This document shows positions 36,211-48,149 of a DNA stretch of 64,000 nucleotides, piece after piece. How positions within the stretch are numbered: position 1 is the stretch's first letter; each line of letters starts with the position of its first letter. A program made the translations under genes and the position numbers. The notes beneath the pieces were generated by a model that was not told the DNA's origin, ran no database searches, and worked only from the letters and a program-made list of their open reading frames with translations. Origin of the DNA: Antedon mediterranea (lineage: Eukaryota; Animalia; Echinodermata); assembly GCF_964355755.1 (NCBI RefSeq), contig NC_092680.1, positions 8,308,001 through 8,372,000 of the forward strand. The letters run 5' to 3'.

Positions 36211-39200
36211 CTTTTCTAGCTGTTTTACTTCTCGTTTTGATTTAGCTTTTCGCTTTTATTTTGTATCTCCATTGAGATCCAGCCACTGATACCCACGGCA
36301 TTGTCATTTTTTCAGTAATTTGCCTTTGGATTTATATTAATATTCATCAGAATAGTAATATGTATAATTAGTATAGTTACCGTATAATCATTGTTGTCGT
36401 AAGTGGAAGGTTTTATCAGTATAATGTTATGTAATGAAAGAATGTTAAGATCAAAAAATGGTAATGTTTCTAAAAATACAGAATATAATGCGTGTTTCAT
36501 TCACATAGGCCACGCCTAACCTTTTTTTGGTTAGGTATTTTACCCTTTGTGTTCTCTGAATCCAATATTTAGGTAAATAGGCCTAAAAAAGGTCATTCGT
36601 ATTATTAAGTAAAAACAAAAACTTAAAATCGTCTAAGCTTAGTTGAAATATGTCGAGGTCAATTTATGTCATATAACATAAACATTACGAAGTTAAGATG
36701 GGAATATATACCAAACGTCATTGGATTTTCAGAACTTAACCAGTAACCCCCGCTGGTACTCGTTTCAAGAAACAAGCACTGACAAGACACCTGACTTAAG
36801 TTCCGTTCTTATGGACCATAATGTACCGTAACTTGTAATATCTAGGCCTACTATCTTTTACAACTTAATTGTAACGCTTTCGCAGAGTTTTAGTAATATA
36901 ATAAGTCAATAAAAGTGTTTTTTCTTTAGTAGCGTGAAATGATGCAATCGCTTAATGCAGTTCACTCTATGAAGAGTGAAAGTCTAAAGAGTGGATTTCG
37001 CTCTAGATATAACTTAAATATGATTTAGATATCAGTACACTTTTTGACAAAAAAAATGGCAAATATTAAAAAATAGAACATTGGAAATATAAAAACATCT
37101 GGGCTTGGTGGAAACTGTTTCTTATAAAAATGTAAATACAGCTGTCAAGAAAATATTTTCTGTGGATAGAATATTGAGTGGGAGAAAATCTAATTCAAAC
37201 TTAGTGTACTCATGTCTTACAAACTGGTGAACTGGTTAGCATCAGGGTGCAGAAACAGCAGAAACACTAATTCTTGCCGTATTAAATAATTGAAACTTCA
37301 CCAATACGTAGTTGTAAATACATAACTAGGAATGTTTAAGGAAATTATATTAACGTGAATTTCGTCACGAGAGAGTTTAAAGTTGGTCAGGTCGTCGCCT
37401 TATGTCATAAATTAAGTACACCAAACACAAAAACCTTTAAATAATATGTGTTTTTAATATTAGTTTTTAAAAAATAAGCCTAATTGTTTATATAGCATGA
37501 ATGACAGTCGAAGTCGATTTACTGAAAATGTTTTATTAACAACGAAATGATGATTTTCTCGAATATTTTTAATCGGAGTTACTCATTTGCCAATTGCAAG
37601 TGGCTTTAAACAGACTGAAGAAGACCGTAAAAATACGTATCTACCCGAAGACGTATTTATTTACTTCGTGCTCACATAATAAGGCGAACTTACTTTATCA
37701 GGGGGAACTTACGAGGTTAAATATTAAACTTCAATCTAATCCTTTAATCTTCATTCACTAACATGTGGACCTAATATTATAATGTCAAAGACAGTAGCTT
37801 ACAAAAAAAACCTAGTTACTTCCTGATATCAACGTCTGTTGGTTAAAGTGGTATGGTATTAAGATTGGATTAATTTGTCGCCATCTGTCGCCGTCTCAGT
37901 CGAAGAAACTTTTCTAGTACATTTAGACATTGAACAAAATATATTAATCATATAATCTTCAAAAGATTGATTTCATTGAGAAGTATTGATTTGGTGTCAT
38001 TAAGAAGATTTTAAAAGATTAAGGTATTTTCTTTCTCATATTATTTGTAGAAATGTGGAAATATTTTTGTTGTTGGACCATAATTATATGTGGCAGTTGA
38101 TCAATACATTTGACTCTGAAAAGTATTGGACTTAAGTCAATACTATAAGGATTTTCTGTTGTTGCTTTCAACTAGATAGGAGAATATTTAAATGGGTAGG
38201 TGTTTTATATGCTAAATTGTGAATGGTGGGGTGGGTCAAACTTAAAGTATTTATGATTTATATGACTCTCCCCCCACATAATCACTTCATTGCATTTATC
38301 TATGTATTTTATTATATTGTGGAAATAAATTGAAAATGAAATTGAATACCGCTACAATTTTTAAAGTAACATCTCTCTCCGCTTTCCATCTCAATTCCTC
38401 TCTACTTATACCTAAAACGAAACAACAGACCATCACATGTCTGCAGCTTTTACCAAAATATTTAGGTAAACTAGACGATCATTTGAAACTGGTCACTTTA
38501 GAATAAACCTAGCTTCAAAAGTGTTTATTTCTGGAAACACTAGACCTAGATTGAGTTTATCAAGTATGACTGCATGGCGTTTATTAATATCATAAATTCA
38601 TTGGAGACAATAATGCTACGATGTATTAGTAAGTTGTAGCCCATGTTGTGCCCTTCGTAATCTATCTTTCAATCTAATCTGTCAAAATCGTCAAACGTCA
38701 ACAGCCGCTTATCATGTTTGACAACGTTCTGTGTCTTTTGCTTGCGAGACGTTTCCGTTCTTTAGATCCAAACAAGATTTTCGTTCCCTCGTTGGAAACC
38801 TGATCCAACAATGGTCATCGTTTAATGTTCCTCTATTTTCACCAACAACAATTCAAGGAAAAGTATCCTATTTTTCTTCTAAATCCATGTTCCAATTGAA
38901 TCCCCTTTACCTAGATAGACGTATGGATCAACATTATCCCACTTATCGTTAACGTTGTCCATATATGTAACTATTACGCCTTTGTAGCCCAATTCAAACT
39001 TGATGATGTCAAAAAAGTGTCATCTATAATAATTTCAATCTTTGTTATATTCAATTATAGAGGGACAATGATATTACTGATTTTGACACAATTGGGGCAA
39101 ATAACACTGAATTTCCCCTTTGTAAACTTTTAACCTTTTGTTGCTTTGTTTCATTAACTCTTCTAATATTGTTCAACACCATTTACATTAATTCATAAAA

Positions 39201-42200
39201 GATTATTTTTGTTACTGTACAGGTATACTGTTTTCCGACTGTAATGTTTAGTGAAATCGACTGTGTAACACAAAATCATTTTAGAACTTACCATGCCTAA
39301 GGTTCTGACCGTTGTATGAACTCGGTCTGATTTGACAAAACTTGATCTTCATTCTGATGAACCACTGATGTCCATGATTTGATAATACTATATCTGACAG
39401 GGTCAGGACCGCATCAGTACCAGTGTTTCCAATGTGCCGCATTCTGGATGACACCAGTGCCCTACGCTGCCAGTTGAAGTGTTTTGTCCTGTTGGTGATG
39501 ACAAACCACAGTCAAAATGCATATAATAAGTCAAAAAAAAATTAGCATTACTAATGACTGTCCTTGTTTTATGGGTACATTTTGTTGAAGAATCAAGCCA
39601 CACTAAGTATCTCTTGAGATGTCGTATTATCACTACTGTCATCTTCGTTTAATATGTAATATTTTGGCCTAATGTGCCTGTATAATGGACAAATGGTCAC
39701 GGTCAGAAGTGACTGTATAGTAAAACTACGTATAGTTTACTTCCACAAAAATCGTGTGCTGCTTTAACGAAATCAAACCTAATCCAAGCATGGATTGTTT
39801 CTTTTTGATTGTATAAAATTATGTGATTGGTAAGAAAAGATATTAGGAAATTGTGGTAATTTATACGTTTGACCACAATATGAACGTTTAAAGACCGCAA
39901 AATATCTTGACAATAATTACGTCGTTTCTTTTAGAATAAAAACATTTTTTTATTCATACACGGTAAAAGGCTAACTAACATTTCTATATAATACACTTTC
40001 TTGCCCAACATTAATGTTCTGTATTTTCAATGCAATGATAAGCACCGGGTTCCTGCAAGGAATAGCCATGATATCAACAACGAATTTATTTTTAGATATA
40101 ATTATTAATAGACTAATAGATTTTCGTTTAGTTATATGATCTCACAGTTAAGTCTATGGGTGTGTTTCTTTGGTGTCCCTTTTGATGTAATTTTGATTTC
40201 TATTTCTTACATTTTCTTTGTTACCAATTATTTTTTGCTATATTTTTTAAGTTAGCCGTCATGTCACATTCATCGATAAGTCAATAAACATACAAAAACT
40301 GTCACTATTTATTACTCTTATAAAATAGGAAATCCCGATAGATACATTTGAACGTGTTTCTAAGTTGTAGGTGTGCCATCTTGAGGGATACACATGCTAA
40401 GATAAGGGCTGTGAGTTTATCTTATTTATAGTGTTTCTTTAGGCCTACAGACCTTGTCTAACTTTTAATATAGGCCTAGTCACAACTCAAAATAGATAAT
40501 TATTGATTAAGCTGTAAATATATGACAAAATTCGGAACATTAATCATTATTCATAATTCTCTTTGCGAATCAGCTACGATTTCGATCGACAGTAAGAACA
40601 ATTTTACCAATTTTTTGCTTGTTTGACGAATAATTCAGCGCTGCACTATCACACTGTTAGATATATAGTACTAGTACGACTCGCTTTTCTTAGTATTCTT
40701 TAAAAAAATCTTTTATTTTAGAGTTTTTGTTAATTAGAGGTATTAAAAATATTATATATAAAACTACAGAGGCACAGAGTTCCGAATATGACTAACTGGA
40801 AAGCAAGAACAGAAACGTACCAACTTTTTAGAAATGAGGAGTTAACCGTGACCCACAACGAACTCATAAACGCCGAGTGACATTCAGTTTTAGAAAGGTC
40901 ATCTGTTTGACCTTACACATTCGACATCTTCTTTGATTGGACAGTTATTCCCTGGCTATTGTGAGTCAATGAACAAAAACATTAACTGCAATACAATATT
41001 TAATGATTATCTGATTGAAATTTCTAACAGGTTTGAAGCGGTTTCTGGCCATTGTAAAGTAATTATAATAAATCCTTCTTATACAAATTCACTGAGGCAA
41101 GAATTGAACAAAATAAAACAATTATTTGCCGGTCTTCATATACTTGACGAATTTGGATGGAAACGGACACAAACACTATAACATAACTTTTTTTTAAAGA
41201 ACTGCATATACTGTAACTAACAAACCATATAAGCTATTTCACTTTATATGCTAAATTGTTCAATAGCCTACAGATCTTACTGTGTTTCTCTAAAACAAAA
41301 TCTTCTTTAGGTCTACCAATCCTGTTTTCTTTTAATTTTTCATTCCAGAATCAATTTTGGACACATCTGTCAAAAAACCTAATAAGTTGTAGACCTAGGT
41401 CAGCCTGGCTGCGTGCACTATATGCTAAAGGTAAGTTACAAATATACGTCTTAGGTTAAACTATGTTTGTTTGAAATTACAGTACCAACATTGCATTTTG
41501 TTATTGTCATCTTGGAAGCTGTGAGTTTCGCTCTTTTAGTTATGTGATTTCTTTATTTTGAATCACGCATTTTTATGAGTAAGCGAAATGATCTATCGAC
41601 AAGAAGAAAAAATAGACCCAAATTAGATATGTTTTCCGTTTCATGGTTTCTTTTCTTTTATTTAAATGTGACAAACATAGATAAGCAGCGATATATTTGA
41701 TAAACTTGGATACAATTATGAAATCGTAGATGTACAGGATCATAACTTGATTAGAGAGAGACTTGATTGTTAAGATGTTTCTGTTTCTAATATTAGGTAA
41801 AAAATTGAATATTTTAATGACTTTCAATCTGCAAGTTTAACATAAATAACCTCACAAAGTTACTGTACCTCACAAAAGTGGCCTAGTAATTGTAGGCCTA
41901 TATTAACATTGTCATGCATATTATTCCATTATTCTGTTAATGCCTGACATAATGTTGACAGCAGATAGACGATTTAAACTAGAAGTAGGCCCGGGAGTAG
42001 GCCCTATTACAGTTTTGTATTGCGTGTGTAAAGTGTGAACTAATTATATGATGTTGATCGGTTCATTTCAACAAGAGTAGCCTGGCATTGCTAGAACGGA
42101 ACTATACGGTGTGATGTTGAGATCGAGTTGGTGAGTGTGTTTGATGAAAGCAATTGTTAGCGTAGACCTATCGACTGTTGAAGTTTGTGTCCTTTTAAAT

Positions 42201-45200
42201 AACACGTTTGTGTGATGATGTATGGTGAAGACCTTACATATATGAAACTACACAAAAAAAAAGAAAATCATGATGATAAGATATAGGCCTACCGGTATAC
42301 GATATTTATGATATCAATATGATCCAATATTCGTATCAAATTTATATATTTTTGCATGCTATTCAACTTAATCAATCGTGGATTATTTTTAACAATGAAG
42401 CTGAATTGATTCTGTTTAAAAAATCTTATCTCTTTTTTTAAATTTGTAATTTTGTTGATTTCAGCGTGACTTCTCGTTAGCTTGGTTTTAAATGTTACTG
42501 GATGTTGATAATCTTTAGGCCTAAAGCTGAAAATGAAATTAAAGCGTTGTTTGTTATTTTTACTGCGTTTATTAACCATAAGCAAGATCGCATAAGTGCC
42601 ACTCGCTGGTTCCCAAGTGAAAAACATTTACAGTAATAATTTTTATTTCCTTTCCTTTAAGCGCTATAATACAATTAGAATTTCATTTAGGCCTACATAG
42701 ACAAGTCGTCATTGACACAACGATGTGACAGTAATTTAATCGTGTTTTTCGCGGTTGTTTTAATTGTGTCCCGACTTATACATTATTTAAGATGTTATAA
42801 TCCAGTACTAGTAACATGTAGTGATGATAAACTACGATTTAACCCACAGAACATCTTTAGTATAAAAAAGTGCGTAGTAAGTATGATACGCTATTTCGAC
42901 ACTCTTTTTAAAGTGAGTAGGAAGAGGCGGAAGTTGAAGTGTTAATTAAGAATATTAAACAATTTTCAGATTAAGAGCTATACTTAGCCCTGAAAGTAGG
43001 CCTACTTACAGGAAACCAAGGTATGTCTGTAAAGTGATTAATCTACAATAATGAAAGGGTAAAAGCAAAAAACAAGCAAAATAGTCATTTCTTATGACTG
43101 GAAATAAGTGTGATTTACCTTGATCTTGGAATGGAATTGATGCTCAACTACTGTATTTAAGAACGAGAGTGTCTAGAAATGGTAGAATAAGGAGGAGGAA
43201 TAAGATGGCTGGTGGTAGGAGAATAAATAAAACATAGTATTAGTACTTTTAAGCATTGCCAAAGTTATCACCTACCGCAACTTGTATGCTTGTACTACAA
43301 TATACACATGTGTGTTTGTTTTTGTTTTGTACTATAACATCCACAATGTTCAAGTTTTCGTTCTGAATACAAATAACTAGCTATATAGGCCTACCAACAG
43401 ACAATCCCTATGGATTTTTAAAAAAAATCGATATATTGGTGATGTACAAAAGCTAATTAAAATCTCGAGTTTTCTGTATCTTCAATAGGCCGAAAAACTA
43501 AATAGCACGCCCTTTGAATTTTGCCTAAAAAATTCATTCAGTTTCTGGTCGTTTAATCATGTTGAATTTTTGAGTGGTATGTTATCAGTATAAATACACA
43601 GTAGCCTAAATTTAATAATTATACAGCATTTTTTATTGCTGTCATGTTGATGAATATCGGCTGATTCTATTATAATTGATTAACTTATTAAATTAGAAAG
43701 AGATAATAAACTAAGAATCAACCACGTAAATGATTAATAAATGGGAAATTAGTCGTCAGTCTTAATTGATAGCACCTGTTACCACAGCAAAACGAAAACC
43801 TTTCTCTTTTGATTAAGTTTGTGTGTTATACAGCTCATACAGTATAGTTGTGTATAGGCCTATATAAAGTCTAATTACGGTAACAATAACAATTATGCTT
43901 GGTAAATGACATCACATCACAATAGAAATTGGTATGCTATTTTACAAAATTTATTACATATTTCGTAAAAACGCCGAACGTTGTTAAATTTTTAAGAAGA
44001 AATCCATCAAAGCAACAGCTGAAAACTAGGCTACCGGTACTTAAAAATAATAATATTGTATTTTAAAATCAATCAAGTAAATCTAAAATTGTTATAATTT
44101 TTAGAATCAAGTCTAAGATTTTCTTTCAGAAAACACAGTTTAAAATTAAATTAATATGTTTTCTAAAATGGCATACGCGTAGGACGACAACACAATAATT
44201 TTCGACCAAAATAGTCCATATCTGGAGTTTTTTCAATTAAGGGACCGATTTTCTATTTTAATTTGAAATAAGCAATAAATTTAAATGTTAAATTGTACAT
44301 TATGGTAGTTGGAAGGATGATACTATAGTCAGTTAATCCAAATTGTTTAAATAGAAATAAATATAAGTTGAAAGTCGTATTACTATTAAGATACTTTCAG
44401 TATTATTGATCTACAATCGTGATATGATTTTCATCATTGTGACTAGTACTTTTGACACATTGTCATTGTCATCCTTTTCATTCAAGCTACATTATCTCTA
44501 TAGATTCGGAATCACCACAGGAACTATGTTTTGACACAGTTGAATTAAACCACGTGCGTTCTGCTCCACTTTGGGCCTACACAAACCCGTCAATTTCCGC
44601 ATCAAAACTTTCTTTTATACCAACATTAAGTCAAAAAAAGTTTTGATGTGGTAACCTTCAGTACGTCAAACCAGACTCCACGCTTTGTAATACAACATTC
44701 ATGTTTTATGATAAAAAAAAATGGTTGCTTAACTATTGAAACTTGAAAACGAAAGACAACATGACAACCTTTATGTTTTGATCCTAGCCATATTTCGATC
44801 GCTCAACAGTCTTCCAATCTATGATTCATCATTGATCGAATCAGCGAGTCTTTATATCCAAACTGGTTATCCCACAGAGAACACCTTACATTCCTAATAT
44901 GATGACGAATCACTCATATAATTTAAATAAATTCCATTCGTAGGTTGTATTATCCCAAGATAGGAACACACTTTGCCAACAGAGATACCGAAAGGTAACA
45001 ACAGGATATGGAGGATGCGTAAGAGGCACTCTCAGTTGTTGAAATGAAAATTAGATAGGGTATCCGAATACTATGAAACTCATATTTTATAATCATCAGT
45101 ATAGAATATACCGTAATTGGTTTGCATAATCAGATTCTTAACATTGATGATGATTACGGTAGGCCTACCTGACGGTTGGATTGTGTCATCAGACAATGTG

Positions 45201-45327
45201 TTAAAACAAATGGTAAGCTATCAAGAGAGGGCGAATCCACACTCAAATTAGACAGTCAACCATAGTATTTAGTCTGGGTTCCATACTTTATATTAGTAAA
45301 AAGATAAATATTTTGGCACGTATGGCG

Positions 45328-45835
45328 TTTCAATTCAATTCAATTCAAGGAACATTTATTCACGTCCAAAAGACAAAAGAACAAAAACAAAATGGCAAGT
45401 GATAAAACAAGAAAATGGACGAAGGCAAATCCCAAAAAGATTACAATCTTGTGACGGGATTGCCTTTACAAAATATTTAAATTAAGAGAAGAAAAAAAAA
45501 AATATATATAAATAAAGAAAATAAATTAATTAAACAATAAAGAAATACAAAATATATATAAAAAACCAGTAGATAAAAGTTGGAATAAAAAATAAAAAAA
45601 GAACAGAAAAAAGTACAGCTGCATGGCATATAGCGAATATGATGACAATTGAATAATAAAGATATCGTAGGTATCATACGTATATTGGTTGAGCTTATTT
45701 TCAAACAAAAATCGAACTAAAAAAATAAATAAAAAAGACAATAAATATAGACTTGGGGCAAGTCTACCATATGTGTTTTTTAAAAAATGTTTAAACTATT
45801 GAAGGCTCTAGAGTGTGTCAACTGCGTCTACCGTA
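45328..45835 (-). mobile_element. CR1/L2-type LINE 3' end, truncated
   Basis: Minus strand: SLQ*FKHFLKN-like ORF end, T-rich 3'UTR, AATAAA and a (TTGAA)n tail. Confidence 0.5.
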
Positions 45836-46374
45836 AAACTACATTTATCGGCCGAAAATTATTTTTAGCTTATTTATCCTTATCAATGTTTATATGTAAT
45901 TATTATCGCACTTTATCTAATTTTCTCACAAAGCAAAAAAAAAGTCGTTTTGTAAATGAGTTTTATTTTGACAAAATGAATTTTCAAACAGACCAACCAA
46001 ATCCTACGAGATTGATTTTTCATTAATACAAGATCTCTTTGCGGAAGCATACAGATCATACTTGGCGTCGTTGCATGTTCCTCTAAACTTGTAGAATGAC
46101 AGGGCCAATTGGAATTATTGAACTTTTACCATCGTATGGATAAAAAGGATATTATCAATTACTACAAATCAATATGAACTTTATAGTGAGAGCACAGTGC
46201 AGTATTTTAATTTTCTGTAAAAACTTTGTCCAAAAAAGCTGCTGTCCGGCTTGAAGATTCAAAATTGCAGACAAAAAAGTCACGTTTATTCATACTGCCA
46301 TCATGAAAACAACTGAATGAAGATTTATAAATATTCTACACCCGACCGGTGCCTATATCATTGTTCGGGTAGCA

Positions 46375-46404
46375 CATGGAACTATAATATAAGATAGTTC
46401 CATG
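46375..46404. mobile_element. 30-bp mini TIR element (P/Galileo-like)
   Basis: catggaactat-aatataag-atagttccatg: perfect 11-bp TIR with CAT..ATG ends, flanked by the 7-bp direct repeat ggtagca. Confidence 0.7.
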
Positions 46405-47494
46405 GGTAGCATAATGCGATGAGCAGCTCAAAGTAACGCAACCACCTTTTTACAATAAGTAATATTACTGTGTAATAGTATAGTTAGTTACATGATAATA
46501 AACAAATCATTTTCATTTTGGTTGCACAGTTTTGCAATAATTACAGAGGTTATCTTGGTTATTATCTTATGTATATGTATTTTTTTAATTGAACAAAAAT
46601 TAAAATTGTGCGGGTTAATAGCTATTATTTTCGACTAAAATAACATGAATAACATGAAAATTGTGGACGGTATTTCATGTAGACAAACTGTATATCATAC
46701 AAAGAAAGTCACCTTGCAAGCATATATAACCAAGTAATAAAACAGTTTAACAGTTAAAAGTAGTTTTGTGTCAATTATACTGGTTGTATACAATAGAAAG
46801 TTGAAATAAATGAATGAAATAAAGGAATTTTTAAAAATTACTACTTTTTAGTCGCGTGGACGCGACTCAATAGTTCACTATGTCGGTCTGTCTGTCGGTC
46901 CGGTATCACTATGCGTTTTATCGCTTTTCTGTACTTTTGAACTGTTTTGATGTACAGACAAGTTTTAACTATATCGGTCGGTCGGTCGGTCGGTTGGTCG
47001 GTCCGGTATCACTTTGCGTTTTATCGCTTTTTCTGTACTTTTTGAACTGTTTTGATGTACAGACAAGTTTTAACTATGTCGGTCGGTCGGTCGATCCGGT
47101 ATCACTTTGCGTTTTATCGCTTTTTCTGTACTTTTTGAACTGTTTTCATGTACAGACAAGTTTTAAAGTACTTTTCTGAGACTTCTGTACATTTCTGAGA
47201 CTTCTGTACATTTATAAGACTTATGTACATTTCTGATACTTTTTCTAAGGCATTACATTTCTAAGTTGTTCTGTCACTTTAAGTTATTATATACGGGCTG
47301 TTGTGTCATTTAATATTCTATCTAAGCTTCCTAACAGAAAAGAGTTCGCTGTGCTTGTTTATTAAAAGAGCAAGAACAACAGCAAGAAACAGCAAGAGCA
47401 AAGTTTATATATTATATAACATTTTATTCATGCAAAACAAGAAACAGCAAGAGCAAAGTTTATATATTATATAACATTTTATTCATGCAAAACA

Positions 47495-47942
47495 AGACAG
47501 TTTGCAGCATGGTCAGAGTATTAAGGCCAATGTGTAAAGAGTTCAAAACCTCTCTCTGATCTGATGTAAACATGATCAATAAGTCCCCCTTTTTCATGGG
47601 TTGGATATTGCACAGACTGACTGAAACCTTTTGAGAGGATCCAGGTTACAATGGGGTGTACAGTACGTAAGATGTTGAAATCACCTACAATATAACACTG
47701 TTCACAATCATCAATGAGTGAATCTAAATGCTGTAAAAACTCAGCAGAGGAAGCATTTTGAGATCTGTACACGTTTATCACATGCAGATATCTACTTGAA
47801 CATTTGGTCATTTGAAATAATTCTTTGTTTACTTCTTCAGAAAGATAAAAACCTTTTTTGAAATAGGTAGCAATTCCTTTTCCTTTTCCACGATTGGTTA
47901 AGTGCAGATAATATCCATCAATATTTAGGTGGTCGTTGGAGT
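47495..47942 (-). pseudogene. EEP/APE endonuclease C-terminal fragment of Helentron type
   Basis: LNIDGYYLHLTNRGKGKGIATYF..VINVYRS..IVGDFN..PTHEKGGLIDHVY..WP*YSDHAA, with one in-frame stop. Confidence 0.85.
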
Positions 47943-48149
47943 CTTATCAGCACTTTTTATTTCTGAAGTTCCTTGAGCAAGAAAAATATCTTTCAATTCA
48001 CATTTGAGAGAATGACTAGTCATAGCTTGCACAATATGGTTTCTAATTGAGTAAGTTCTTCGTAGAACTTGAATTATGATGTTGCAGAAGCAAGCGTTTC
48101 TATCATCTCCATTTGCTGTGTTTATGAGAAGGAGTGATTGGAGAGCCAT
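47925..48149 (-). pseudogene. USP (peptidase C19) Cys-box-like N-terminal fragment
   Basis: LLINTANGDDRNACFCNIIIQVLRR resembles the USP Cys box GLxNxxNxCFxNxxxQxL. It starts at ATG and is truncated at the junction with the EEP fragment. Confidence 0.6.

Noticed and set aside
39466-39482. gctgccagttgaag resembles part of mature miR-22
   Set aside because: The seed start is mismatched and there is no complementary arm for a pre-miRNA hairpin; compatible with chance.
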